Positions 1-9,840 of a stretch of 64,000 nucleotides of DNA are shown here, in pieces; position 1 is the first letter of the stretch; each line of letters opens with the position of its first letter. Origin of the DNA: Gaiellales bacterium (GTDB taxonomy: Bacteria > Actinomycetota > Thermoleophilia > BMS3ABIN01); contig QZKG01000070.1 in NCBI GenBank assembly GCA_003599855.1, positions 5,698-69,697 of the forward strand. The letters are read 5' to 3'. The notes beneath the pieces are model-generated. The model was not told the DNA's origin, ran no database searches, and worked only from the letters and a program-made list of their open reading frames with translations. A program made the position numbers and the translations under genes.

Positions 1-2
1 CT

Positions 3-1148
3 CAAACAGGCGGCAACACGGCATCTGACGCGGCGATCATCGAGGCGATCAGCGACGCCCGCGCCCGTGGCATGAAGGTCATGCTCAAGCCCCACGTCGA
101 TGTGCTGCGAGAGGATGTCTGGCGCGGCGAGATAACGCCTTCGGACAAGGCGGCCTGGTTCGCGAGCTACCGGCAGTTCATCAACCACTATGCCGAGTTG
201 TCACAGCGTTACGGCGTGGACGTGCTCGTGGTCGGCAGTGAGCTCGCCAGCATGAGCGGCGGTGAGAACTACGCGGAATGGCAGCGCACGGTGGCTGAGG
301 TGCGCGCCCGCTACAGCGGCAAGCTCACCTATTCAGCCAGCCTCAACGAATATGGGTACGCCTGCCTCTGGGGCTGGATGGACTATCTTGGTTTCAACTT
401 CTATTTCCCCTTGAGTGAGAGCCAGGACCCGCCGGTCGAAGAGCTCATGCGGGGCTGGTACGACTACAACGGCCGTTATTCCCCGGCTAACTGGCTGGAG
501 AGGATACGCGCCTGGCAGGCCTACTGGAACAAGCCTGTCATCTTCACCGAGATCGGCTACCGTTCGATCCTCGGCACGGCCGTCTCGCCCTGGGATTACT
601 GGACGCCTGGTGTTTACAGCGGCCAGGCCCAGGCCAGGGCCTACGAGGCAGCGTTCCGCGTGCTCGCGAACGAGCCTTACGTCATCGGCGCCTTCTGGTG
701 GAACTGGACATCCGGCGACATCTACCGCAATCCGGTCAACACGGAATATTCCATCGCCGGCAAGCCCGCTGAGGCCGTGGTGGCCGACTGGTACACGAAC
801 CGCAGCAGTTCAGCGCCGAGGGTGCAGATGGACCTGTCTGCGGTCGTATGGGAGAGCTACGAGAATTACCGCGAGCGGCGATTGAGCGTGTTCTTCAGCG
901 TGTCCAACGGGGGCGGGGATACCGCCCGTGAGGTCCAGGTCATGGTATCCGGAGCGTCGAACAACGTGTCAGCGCTGTCTCCGACAGAAACGATGCTGGG
1001 CGATATCGCCGCAGGTTCGAGTATGCTCTACAAGGTCGTCTACCTGGTGCCGCAGGGGACGTCGTCGTTCCGCGTCAATAATTATGCGTCCTGCCGGGAC
1101 GCCAGCGGCACGCGCTTCTATTTCCCTGTAACACCGCCCGCCTATTAA
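3..1148 (+). CDS. Glycoside hydrolase, clan GH-A TIM-barrel (GH5/GH113-like) with C-terminal beta-sandwich domain; 5' end lies outside the window
   Basis: The frame is open from window position 3, with no stop before M72. Contains an NEY acid/base-like motif and a nucleophile motif VIFTEIGYR plus AFWWNW, typical of clan GH-A. The C-terminal ~100 aa is a separate domain. Confidence 0.6.
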   Translation, partial: QTGGNTASDAAIIEAISDARARGMKVMLKPHVDVLREDVWRGEITPSDKAAWFASYRQFINHYAELSQRYGVDVLVVGSELASMSGGENYAEWQRTVAEVRARYSGKLTYSASLNEYGYACLWGWMDYLGFNFYFPLSESQDPPVEELMRGWYDYNGRYSPANWLERIRAWQAYWNKPVIFTEIGYRSILGTAVSPWDYWTPGVYSGQAQARAYEAAFRVLANEPYVIGAFWWNWTSGDIYRNPVNTEYSIAGKPAEAVVADWYTNRSSSAPRVQMDLSAVVWESYENYRERRLSVFFSVSNGGGDTAREVQVMVSGASNNVSALSPTETMLGDIAAGSSMLYKVVYLVPQGTSSFRVNNYASCRDASGTRFYFPVTPPAY

Positions 1149-1172
1149 CAGCGCCGGCGGTGCTGCCTCCCG

Positions 1173-2489
1173 TCAGGCGTTCTCCACGAAGATGGGCATC
1201 GAGTCGAGTTCGATGCCGTCTGTCTCCCGGCTCTGGCCCATGAAATCGGTGATGCTCAGGCGCTCTCCCAGCTCGGGCGGCAGCGGGGCGTCTGCTTCAG
1301 CCCAGAGCAGGTATACGGGCTCCCGCCCGTCGGGGAACTCATACCGGAACTGCCCTGGCGCCAAACGGGTCACCAGGGAGTAACCGTCGGTCTTGCGGAC
1401 CAGCGTCGCATAGGCGAAAAAAGCCTTCTTCTTCGTGCCTGCGGGGGTGCCGGAGGCGGCTTCCGCGCCAAGGCCGTTGTAAACCAGGCCCGTGTTGTCG
1501 AAGTAGCCGTTGGCGCTCTCCCCGTACTGATGATTCTCATAGAAGCGGTTCCAGGAGATCCTTTCCGCCCCTTCCGCAGCAGCGGTCGCAAAGCGCTTGA
1601 GGAGCTCGGCCGCCTGCTCCTCCTCCGTCTGCGGGGGATAATCCGGCGGCTGGGACGGGGCGCCGGTGTAGGTGGCGCACTCGGTGAACCAGATGGAGAT
1701 GTCGCCATCGAAGCCGTTCGCATCGAACAGGCGCCGGTAGTCGTCCATCAGGCCCGGGATGGTCACGTAGTTGCCGGCGCGGCCGTAGAGGTGCAGGTCC
1801 ACTATGTCGAAGGGCCTGGACTCGCCCGTCCTGGCCGCGATGCCGCTCATGACCTGGCTGAAATACTCCCGGTCGCGGGTGCCGCCATTGAAAGGTACGG
1901 CAGCGCCGGCGAGGGCGATGCGGCATCCCGGGCAGACATCGCGCACCGCGTGCTCCATGGCGATGAAGACTTCGACATACTCTGCAGGTGGGTACTTGTA
2001 GAGGTCGGGCTCGTTGTCCATCTGCCAGACCTCGACATCATCGTGCTCGGCCACCAGTTGCCTCACATCGGCCTCGAACTCCGCCATCTCCGCAGTTGCC
2101 ACCGGGAAGGCCGGCCGTATGCAGCCGGCGACGCTGATGCCCCGGTCATGGAGCTTCTGCATGTAATCCGGGTATTCGATGAACTCTGAGTCGATGTAAT
2201 AGAAATCGATGCGGACCCAGGAGATGCCCAGGTCGTCGATGAGGCCGAGGGTGTAGTCCTGGAACTGCTCCAGGCTTTCAAGGCCAAGCTGGGCATAGAT
2301 GAGGTCTACGTTCTCAAACGAGGTCTGTTCAAACGTGCCCGGGGCGTAGAGGCCGTAGGGAGCGGATCCGGCCGCATGATCGTCAGCCTCGTCGTTGCCG
2401 GGCTCTGCGCAGGCGACTAGCGGCGCAGTCAACAGGAGGACTGCAGCAAGACAAGCCAGATATGCTGAAGCAGCAGGTTTCATCTTCAT
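1173..2489 (-). CDS. Secreted lipoprotein glycoside hydrolase, clan GH-A (catalytic motifs NEP...TE)
   Basis: N-terminal signal peptide with lipobox LVAC. WQMDNEPD (acid/base) and IWFTECATY (nucleophile) are GH5-like catalytic motifs. 438 aa. Confidence 0.6.
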   Translation of the reverse strand: MKMKPAASAYLACLAAVLLLTAPLVACAEPGNDEADDHAAGSAPYGLYAPGTFEQTSFENVDLIYAQLGLESLEQFQDYTLGLIDDLGISWVRIDFYYIDSEFIEYPDYMQKLHDRGISVAGCIRPAFPVATAEMAEFEADVRQLVAEHDDVEVWQMDNEPDLYKYPPAEYVEVFIAMEHAVRDVCPGCRIALAGAAVPFNGGTRDREYFSQVMSGIAARTGESRPFDIVDLHLYGRAGNYVTIPGLMDDYRRLFDANGFDGDISIWFTECATYTGAPSQPPDYPPQTEEEQAAELLKRFATAAAEGAERISWNRFYENHQYGESANGYFDNTGLVYNGLGAEAASGTPAGTKKKAFFAYATLVRKTDGYSLVTRLAPGQFRYEFPDGREPVYLLWAEADAPLPPELGERLSITDFMGQSRETDGIELDSMPIFVENA

Positions 2490-2610
2490 GAGCCAGGATT
2501 CACCGACATCTCGGAGCTACGCGTATCGCTCGGGATCGCCCCTGGGCGATGCCCCCCCAGGAAATCTGTTGGACGACCTTGGTCATCCTGCGCCACTCCC
2601 GTTAGTCTAC

Positions 2611-2657
2611 CCAAAAATAATAATCTGCCTGCAGATTCATAACAGGCAGATTATTAA
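2611..2657 (-). terminator. Rho-independent terminator downstream of the small membrane-peptide gene
   Basis: Perfect 13-bp inverted repeat AATAATCTGCCTG / CAGGCAGATTATT (2619-2631 and 2643-2655) with an 11-nt loop. On the minus strand it is followed by a T-run (complement of A-run 2613-2617). Confidence 0.6.
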
Positions 2658-2678
2658 AAGGTGCTACTGAAACAATGG

Positions 2679-2933
2679 CTAGCTTGCCTTCGCGCGGCGA
2701 AGCAGGTAGCCTGCGCCGACCAGAGCGGAACCGATGCCGCCCAGTATCAGCAATGGGCTGCCGGTGGTGCCGCCGGTGGTGCCTCCGGTCTGCGGACCGG
2801 TACCACCACTCTCTACAACAGTCGCGAAAGAAAGCTGCGCGAAAATCATCATGACGCAGATAGCCAAAACCGTCGTTATCAAGAACAGGTAAGCCTTCTT
2901 CTTCAATTGATTCACCTCCCTCTGGATTCCCAT
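2679..2933 (-). CDS. Small Thr/Gly-rich bitopic membrane protein: N-terminal signal/TM, GGTGPQTGGTTGGTTGS linker, C-terminal TM plus RRAKAS tail
   Basis: 84-aa ORF. It has its own perfect -35 TTGACA with a TAGATT -10-like element upstream (minus strand, ~2934-2990) and the strong terminator downstream. The C-terminal hydrophobic segment followed by basic residues resembles a sorting-signal tail, but there is no LPXTG. Confidence 0.5.
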   Translation of the reverse strand: MGIQREVNQLKKKAYLFLITTVLAICVMMIFAQLSFATVVESGGTGPQTGGTTGGTTGSPLLILGGIGSALVGAGYLLRRAKAS

Positions 2934-2991
2934 CTTCTTTCAGTTAATCTACTTTAGGTACTATGCGCATGTCAATAATTCCTGCATTTAT

Positions 2992-4710
2992 TTAGGGATA
3001 AAAGCGGGAGAAGGGCCAGGAGACCCCCGCCATCCGCAAGACGGCTGAGTTCGACAGCCTGTCCGGTTCTGCCACCCTGTAGATGTAGAGTATGTCCCGG
3101 TTGTCTCCCAGGAATCCGTAGGGGATGACCATGCCGATCCGTCCCAGCCAGGATGTCCTGTTCTCCAGGTATTCCGTTACCAGCGGCCACTCCTGAGGGT
3201 AAACCACCTCCTCGACGAGCTCCAGCCTGTATGTGAAGCTCTTATTGAAGTACCAGCGGTTGTTTCTCGATTCGATGATATAATCCCCGGTTTCGATGCC
3301 TTCGCCGTCCACCATCGCCATCCTGTATCCTTCCTGCTCCATGTAATACTGGAAGCCCAGCCCCCCGAGGAACCAGACATGGCCGTCGGGTGGATAATTC
3401 TCCAGCGCCCATTCCGTCTCCACCGGGTGGACGTTGGCCCGCTGATGCTCGCCGATGGCTATGCCCAGGGAGAGCGCCAGGGTGAGCCCCGCGACGACGG
3501 CTGTCCCTGTCCGCATCCTCTTTCTGCTGTCCCCCCATAGTTTTTCCATCTCCCGGACGGCGTAGATGACCACCGGCGCCAGCAGCGGGAGGATGAACCG
3601 CGACGATGAGTATGGCAGCAGGATGCTGTTGTAAAAGAAGACCCCCAGGAACCAGAGGCCGAGGAATACGTCGTCACCGCCGCCGGCGTCGACCAGCGTG
3701 AGCGGCAGGGCGTTGAAGAACCTTCGCAGGATGTAGAGCAGGATCGCCGTCCCGGCGGCCATCAGCCAGGGGAGCAAGAGGACGTTATCCGCCGAATAGG
3801 AGCCGTTGAGGTAATTGACCGCCGCCCAGGCGCCGGTGACCACGAGGACGCCGGCGCTCGCCAGCCTGATCCATCTGCGGCCGGTGAAGACAAGCAGCGC
3901 CGCGAGGGGGAAGATGATGACGCCGCCCACCAGCGTGATGGCGCCCCTTATCCTGACCAGGATGGAGTCAAGGTCCATCGGCTGCACAACCGTGTTGTAG
4001 GTGAACCGCGGCGGCGCGCCATAGTAGGCGTAGTGCGCCGAGGCAAAAGCGAGGAACACGACAACAGGTATGGACAGTGCGATGATCGTCTTGGGGCTGA
4101 TCCTCCTGGACAGCAGCAGGTAAACGAAAAGGAGAGGGAGGAGCGACAGGTCCTGGTAATAGGTGAGCACGCCCAGGGAAAGGCATAGCGCTCCCGCCAG
4201 CAGGTATGCCAGCCTGTCATCGTCGATGCCCTTGAGATAAAAGGCTGTCGCTAGCAGCCAGAATGTCGTCCCCGGCACGTCGATCATGATCAGGTGATTC
4301 GCCACCAGATAAGCCGGCGCCAGGATGAAGAGCAGTGTGGCGATGAACGCGTTCACGCCGAAGCGCCTTGCGATAAAATACATGGCCAGCACGGCAAGCA
4401 GCGGGAACAGCAGCATTTCCAGGTGAAGCGCGGTCTCGGCGAGGCTTCCGGTTATTGCCAGCCACATGCTCAGGTACAGCGAATGCAGTCTCGGGTGAGT
4501 GTCGTGGTAGCTGTTTTCCGGATAGTTCACTCCGAAATAGTCGTAATCCGGTATGTGATGCCAGAGCGGATGCTCGAGGCCCTGCTTGGCGAAGTGGACC
4601 CACTGGTGGGCGTCATGATGGACGGCCTGGCCGATGAACGGCAGCGTCACCGCCAGCAGCACCCCGATCAGTATCACCAGCTGGAAACGCTTGAAAAAAG
4701 CGGACTTCAT
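2992..4710 (-). CDS. GT-C fold membrane glycosyltransferase, PMT/ArnT-like (GT39/GT83-like), paralog 1
   Basis: ~10 TM helices. First-loop motif DAHQWVHFAKQG resembles the PMT loop-1 DE(V)HFGKFA motif, and HPRLHSLYL resembles the HPPLGKLL motif of PMT/ArnT. C-terminal soluble domain present. The start was moved to MKSAFF (ATG 4708-4710), which overlaps the upstream gene's TGA as ATGA. Confidence 0.55.
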   Translation of the reverse strand: MKSAFFKRFQLVILIGVLLAVTLPFIGQAVHHDAHQWVHFAKQGLEHPLWHHIPDYDYFGVNYPENSYHDTHPRLHSLYLSMWLAITGSLAETALHLEMLLFPLLAVLAMYFIARRFGVNAFIATLLFILAPAYLVANHLIMIDVPGTTFWLLATAFYLKGIDDDRLAYLLAGALCLSLGVLTYYQDLSLLPLLFVYLLLSRRISPKTIIALSIPVVVFLAFASAHYAYYGAPPRFTYNTVVQPMDLDSILVRIRGAITLVGGVIIFPLAALLVFTGRRWIRLASAGVLVVTGAWAAVNYLNGSYSADNVLLLPWLMAAGTAILLYILRRFFNALPLTLVDAGGGDDVFLGLWFLGVFFYNSILLPYSSSRFILPLLAPVVIYAVREMEKLWGDSRKRMRTGTAVVAGLTLALSLGIAIGEHQRANVHPVETEWALENYPPDGHVWFLGGLGFQYYMEQEGYRMAMVDGEGIETGDYIIESRNNRWYFNKSFTYRLELVEEVVYPQEWPLVTEYLENRTSWLGRIGMVIPYGFLGDNRDILYIYRVAEPDRLSNSAVLRMAGVSWPFSRFYP

Positions 4711-6494
4711 CGCTCTTCCAGATCCTCGATCCAAGTGATGCCTACCTCCCTGTACAGCTCGTATTGCGACTCATCCAGCGGGTTGGGCTCATCGTCGATG
4801 CGCCATGTCCTTACTGTATCAGCCCGCTCTCCCAGGGTATCGATCCTGAAGGGCAGGAACACCGAATTCCACCAGCAGGTGTCCGAGCCGGCGCACGGCA
4901 TGAAAAAGATCTGATCGTTGTAAAGAACCAGGGTCTGGTCGCGCCTAAGTCTCTGCATCACCGAGGGATACGGCACCCAGGCGCCGTCCTTGACTGAATA
5001 AGCCACGTAGTCACCGGGTCGCGGTTCCTCTAACGGAAGGGATCTTGTCGTTTGCGCGTACAGCTCGTTTTCCACGCTCGGCACAAGCCTGAAGCCGGCC
5101 CGCTCCAGGTAGTAGCCGAACCCGAAGGTGCCATTATACCAGGCGCCGCCGGTGCCGTCGTAATTCTCGATCGCCCATTCTGCGGCGACCTTGCCGTTTC
5201 TGGCGGCGGTGTATGTCGTCAGGCTGAGCAACGTTGAAAAGACCAGCGTCAGGGCCAGGGCGCTCCCGGCCAGGGAGGGTCTCAGCCATCGGGTTCGGAT
5301 ATGTGCGCGCCATATCGTCAGCAGGCCGAGGATCGCGGCAGGGACGATGGCCAGCAGGTAGCGCGGCGCCGGGTAGGGGAGCAGGATAGTCGTATATGCC
5401 AGAACGCTGAAGAACCAGACGGCCAGGAACAGCGCATCCCTGCCCGCGCGTGAATTCCGGTTTTCCCTGCTGGAAAGCGCCGCCGCGGACCTCTCTATCA
5501 TCAGGTACGTGATCGTGATGCCCACGGGTAGCATGACCGACAGCAGCAACATGTCCGAGAGACCGTAGTCGCCCAGCACGTACTTGACCACCGACCATGA
5601 CCAGGTGATCATCGAAGATGACACGAAAACGAGTATGCTCGTCCAGCGCGTGAGAAACCCCGCCACCGCAACCAGGGGGAATAACAGAGTTCCCCCCAGC
5701 ACGGTCAGGTTGGCGCGCAGGAAAGCAAGCGCGGAAGTCGGTTGCATGGTGTTCAGCCGGGACCTGTAGGAGAGGCGTGGCAACTGGCCATATGCGGCCA
5801 CGACCGCCAGCAGGTAGGCTCCAAAAAAGATCCCGGCTGCTGCGATGGGGACGAGATTCCTGATGCGGAACTGTCGATGGATGACCAGGTAAGCCAGCGC
5901 CAGGGGCAGCACCACCAGCCCCTGGAAGAACGTCTGGCTGGCGAGGATCATCAGCAACGCCGACAGGCTCAAAAGCCATCTGCCCCGCTGCCTTTCCACG
6001 GCGGCGATGAACACAGCCAGGGCGGCGATCGAGAGAGACACGCCCGGCACGTCCACCATCTCCGTATGCGAGCTCACCATCAGCATGGGGCTGGCCAGGA
6101 AGAACAGCGCGGCCGCGAGGCCGCTGACCCGGAAGCGGCGGCCAAGGAAGTACATGCCCACTGCGCCGATGAAGGGGAAGATCGCGAGCGAGAGGTGGAG
6201 CGGCACCTCCGATGGCTCGCCGGTGGCCCGGATGACGAGGCTCAAATACAGCGGCAAAAATTTTGGATGGGTTTCGAGATAGCTGTCAAAAAAGATGCCC
6301 CTGTTGCTGAAATGGCTGGGAAGGTCCTGCGAGAAGGGCTGCTCTATCTGCCTCTCGGCGAAGGCGATGGTCTCGGGCCCGTCAATAGAGAAAGGCTGGG
6401 CGGCAAAGGGAACGGTTATCACAAGGGTGGCCAGGGCGATGACAGCCAGCGCAAGAGCAGTCTGATGCTTTTGAGATATTCTCATAGGAGTCAC
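4707..6494 (-). CDS. GT-C fold membrane glycosyltransferase, PMT/ArnT-like, paralog 2
   Basis: 595 aa with the same architecture and conserved blocks (HPKFLPLYLSL, MVDVPG versus MIDVPG) as the downstream paralog. Stop/start overlap with paralog 1 suggests translational coupling. Confidence 0.55.
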   Translation of the reverse strand: MTPMRISQKHQTALALAVIALATLVITVPFAAQPFSIDGPETIAFAERQIEQPFSQDLPSHFSNRGIFFDSYLETHPKFLPLYLSLVIRATGEPSEVPLHLSLAIFPFIGAVGMYFLGRRFRVSGLAAALFFLASPMLMVSSHTEMVDVPGVSLSIAALAVFIAAVERQRGRWLLSLSALLMILASQTFFQGLVVLPLALAYLVIHRQFRIRNLVPIAAAGIFFGAYLLAVVAAYGQLPRLSYRSRLNTMQPTSALAFLRANLTVLGGTLLFPLVAVAGFLTRWTSILVFVSSSMITWSWSVVKYVLGDYGLSDMLLLSVMLPVGITITYLMIERSAAALSSRENRNSRAGRDALFLAVWFFSVLAYTTILLPYPAPRYLLAIVPAAILGLLTIWRAHIRTRWLRPSLAGSALALTLVFSTLLSLTTYTAARNGKVAAEWAIENYDGTGGAWYNGTFGFGYYLERAGFRLVPSVENELYAQTTRSLPLEEPRPGDYVAYSVKDGAWVPYPSVMQRLRRDQTLVLYNDQIFFMPCAGSDTCWWNSVFLPFRIDTLGERADTVRTWRIDDEPNPLDESQYELYREVGITWIEDLEER

Positions 6495-6703
6495 AAGCGA
6501 TCATGATTCATAGGAAAGCGGTGCTCGTGGCAAGCCGGCGCTCACAGGAACCACTCTTCATCCAGGCGCTTGTTCACGAATAGATTACACTTATTCATCC
6601 CTGTTGAAAAGAAAAACCAGGCTGGCTCCGCAGTTGCTGATAGGATACGGTCAGGGCCGCCGGGGGCGGCCGGCCATCCGGCATCCAGCATAACGGACCG
6701 TAC

Positions 6704-8146
6704 GTGAAAAACGACAACCACCAGGGAACGAGCGGCTTCTGGGCGCGGCGCGCCCGGCGCGCTGTTTTGATAACGGCGGAGGCGACCATCGCCGCTGTGA
6801 TGGCGTTTCTCACCATGATCCTGGTGGCGCCCACCGAGGTGCAGGTCGGCCCCGTGCTCATCGGGTTCGAGGCGAGGCCGTCCTGGGGCGGCCACACCGT
6901 GGTTGAACTGCCGCCGGCGGGATCGCTGCATGCCCAGACCCATCGCGCCCCGGTGGAGCTGGTATTCACGCTCAAGGAGATAGCGGTGGACCAGGCGGCT
7001 GACCTCACGCGGGAGGGCTCCGCCGCCAGGGAGGAGCTGCGCATGTGGCGTGAGCCCGTCACGGGCGCGGCGCGCATGCTGTTGCTCAGGACGGCGGTTG
7101 CCGCGGCGCTGGCGGCGGGGTCGATAGCATGGCTGGCCAGGCGCCGCTGGGCATGGGTAGCAGCGGGAATGGCCCTGGGCCTGACTGTCGCGGCAGGGTT
7201 GTCACTGCTTGTCTGGTACTCCTACGACCTGGATGCCTTCTCCCAGCCGGAGTACACCGGCAACCTGGCGCGGGCGCCGGAGATCGTCGGCTTCTCCCAC
7301 GAGTTCCTGGCGAACCTTGAGACCTATTCCGACCAGGTGCCGCGCATCGCCGAGAACCTCTACCGGACCGTGAACGAGCTGCAACGGCTCCCGGACGGCA
7401 TGCCGCTGGAGGATTCCATCAGGGTGCTGCACGTCTCAGACCTCCACAACAGTGAAGCCGGGGCCGCGCTGCTGCAGCGCGTGACAGGGCTTTACGACAT
7501 CGACTTCGTGATAGACACAGGCGACATCAGCGAGCTCGGCACCCCCTTTGAGCTGGGTTACCCCGGAACATTCCTGCCACTCGAAGTTCCTTACCTGTGG
7601 ATTGCGGGGAATCATGACAGCGGCCTGGTGAGCGAGACTATGGCGGAGATAGATGGGGTCACGGTGCTCGACGGTGACTTCAGGACTGTCGAGGGGCTGA
7701 CGGTGGGGGGCTTCCCCGACCCTTCCGCCGCTTCGCTCATACCCAGGGTGGCCACCGGAAGCGAGCTGGAAGAAGACAGCCGGATGATACTGGCGGCGGT
7801 CAGGGAGGCTAAGCCTGCCCCCGACATCATCGCTGTCCATGATCCCGGGCAGGCCCGCAGGCTTACCGGGGTCGTCCCGGTGGTGCTGAGCGGCCATGTC
7901 CACCGGGATTCCATCGATGTGACGGACGGCACGGTGCTGATCAACGCCGGCAGCACGGGCGGCGGCGGCCTGCGGGGCTTCGAGGCGGAGGGGGAGACCC
8001 CCAGCTCCCTGCAGGTGCTGTATTTCAACCGCTCCACTCATAAGATCATGGCGGCCGACACCATAGTGATCTACGGTTTCAGCCAGGAGTACACGGTTGC
8101 CCGGCAGATCTTCAGCGGCACTGATGCACCGGTCCCCGTCGCATGA
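6704..8146 (+). CDS. Membrane-anchored calcineurin-like metallophosphoesterase
   Basis: N-terminal TM segments followed by a metallophosphoesterase domain with motifs VLHVSDLHN, DTGDISELG and IAGNHD. Confidence 0.65.
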   Translation: MKNDNHQGTSGFWARRARRAVLITAEATIAAVMAFLTMILVAPTEVQVGPVLIGFEARPSWGGHTVVELPPAGSLHAQTHRAPVELVFTLKEIAVDQAADLTREGSAAREELRMWREPVTGAARMLLLRTAVAAALAAGSIAWLARRRWAWVAAGMALGLTVAAGLSLLVWYSYDLDAFSQPEYTGNLARAPEIVGFSHEFLANLETYSDQVPRIAENLYRTVNELQRLPDGMPLEDSIRVLHVSDLHNSEAGAALLQRVTGLYDIDFVIDTGDISELGTPFELGYPGTFLPLEVPYLWIAGNHDSGLVSETMAEIDGVTVLDGDFRTVEGLTVGGFPDPSAASLIPRVATGSELEEDSRMILAAVREAKPAPDIIAVHDPGQARRLTGVVPVVLSGHVHRDSIDVTDGTVLINAGSTGGGGLRGFEAEGETPSSLQVLYFNRSTHKIMAADTIVIYGFSQEYTVARQIFSGTDAPVPVA

Positions 8147-8268
8147 GCCGGCGCCAGGGCCGGGCGCCCTTCCGGCACGTTGCATGGAAGCCGAGATGAT
8201 AGTATTTTTCGATCGAGCAGCGTAATTATTCTGCCCGCGGCCCGTCATATGGGCAGAGAGGGCAAGGA

Positions 8269-9711
8269 ATGATGATGGAGCTTACTGACAGTCAGCTGGC
8301 GCTGATGGCGGGCCGGGGTGATGCGGACGCCTGCCGGCGGCTGTTCGAGCGTTACCAGCATCCGGTCTACAATTTCGTGTACCGGATGGTGGACAACGCC
8401 GAGGACGCTTCCGACATCGTCCAGGACGCCTTCATCAAGGTATATAACGTCCTCGGGCGGCAGGAAGTCCGGAACTTCTCCGCTTACCTCTACCGCACCG
8501 CCAGGAACCTCGCCTACGATGAGATGAGGCGCCGGTCCCGCTTCGCCGATGTCGACCAGGAACTGCTGGCGCCGGAGGACCCGAACATCTACGCCGACCC
8601 CCAGCGGGCCCTGCTCCTCGCCGAGCAGATGCAGAAGGTACGGCAGGCTGCGGGCGGTCTCAGCGAGAACCAGCGGGCGGCGCTCGTCCTGCGGGAGCTG
8701 GAGGGGTTGGACTACGACCAGATGGCGGAGGTCATGGAATCCAACCGCAACGCCGTCGGGGCACTGCTGTCGCGGGCGCGCCTGAAGTTCAGAGAGGAGC
8801 TCAGGATGGCTCAGGTAAGAACAGACATGGCACCGGAAGAATGCGAGGAGGCCATCGCCCTGCTTTCTCCCTACATTGATGGCGAGCTTGCCGGTGAGGA
8901 CATCGCTTACGTCGAGCGCCACCTGGAGCAGTGCGGCTTCTGCGCGGCTGCGTTTGAAGAGATGCGCGAGGCTTCGCGTTCCTTCAGGGTGCTGATACCG
9001 GTCATACCGCCGGCCGACATGGCCGAGGCCTTCACGCGCAGGCTCCGTGAGGCGGGCGACGCTGCTGCGCAAACTGCCGGCGGGCAGGCAACGGACACCG
9101 CCCCCGCGGGCAGCCGTTCCCTTGCGTCCAGGTTCATGGCCAGCAGGATCACCTGGGCCGTTACGGCTCTCGTGGCAGCCGCCGGCCTGGGTTTATTCCT
9201 TATCGCGGGCGAGGTGGGGCGCGATCGGGACGTGGCTGCGACCCGGACGGGGGAGGGGGGAGCGGCGGGTCAGCGGGATGACACAAACGACGGTCTGCGG
9301 GAGATGCCCGGCGTCGGACCGGCCCACGGTGACGGCATCGACCTCCAGGGCGCCCAGGATGGCCAACCCGGGGCGGACGGCCGGGCAGAGCCAGGCCAGG
9401 ATGATCCGGGTGAGACGGCGGCAGGCATGGTCGTATCCGGGTACGCCACCCCAAACCCGGTAAAACAGTACTCGCGGGTGACGGTCACCGTGGAAGTGAC
9501 CGGCAGCCCCGGTTCGGTCTCGGTGGCCATCGGCGACGCCATGACCGTGAAGCTGGCCAGGCAGTACGCCACCCCGGACGGCGAAGTCTGGAGCTGGGCC
9601 GGGAATGCACAGGCGCCCGGCTATTACGTCATGACCGCCTCGGCCGCCTATCCCGGCGCTACCGCAGAGGCGATGATCGGCGCCCTGGAAGTCGTCTACA
9701 CCCTCTACTGA
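8269..9711 (+). CDS. ECF sigma factor fused to ZAS-type (zf-HC2) anti-sigma domain, one TM helix and an extracytoplasmic C-terminal domain (ECF52-like architecture)
   Basis: Sigma-70 region 2 (DIVQDAFIKVY...YLYRTARNLAYD) and region 4 (LSENQRAALVLRELEGLDYDQMAEVM...LSRARLKFREEL) continue without a stop into an anti-sigma zinc-finger (LSPYIDGELAGEDIAYVERHLEQCGFC). This is followed by a TM helix (ITWAVTALVAAAGLGLFLIAG) and a ~170-aa C-terminal domain. One uninterrupted 480-codon ORF. Confidence 0.7.
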   Translation: MMMELTDSQLALMAGRGDADACRRLFERYQHPVYNFVYRMVDNAEDASDIVQDAFIKVYNVLGRQEVRNFSAYLYRTARNLAYDEMRRRSRFADVDQELLAPEDPNIYADPQRALLLAEQMQKVRQAAGGLSENQRAALVLRELEGLDYDQMAEVMESNRNAVGALLSRARLKFREELRMAQVRTDMAPEECEEAIALLSPYIDGELAGEDIAYVERHLEQCGFCAAAFEEMREASRSFRVLIPVIPPADMAEAFTRRLREAGDAAAQTAGGQATDTAPAGSRSLASRFMASRITWAVTALVAAAGLGLFLIAGEVGRDRDVAATRTGEGGAAGQRDDTNDGLREMPGVGPAHGDGIDLQGAQDGQPGADGRAEPGQDDPGETAAGMVVSGYATPNPVKQYSRVTVTVEVTGSPGSVSVAIGDAMTVKLARQYATPDGEVWSWAGNAQAPGYYVMTASAAYPGATAEAMIGALEVVYTLY

Positions 9712-9840
9712 CAAGCCCCTCCGGCTCGCAGCGGTTATCAAAAGCAGCCGCGCTTTCCTGCCCCTGCGTAATTCCTGAGCCTTTTCTGCGTCATAGAAGT
9801 GGCGACCAGATCAGAGCCGCGTCAGGGAAAGGGAGGACGG

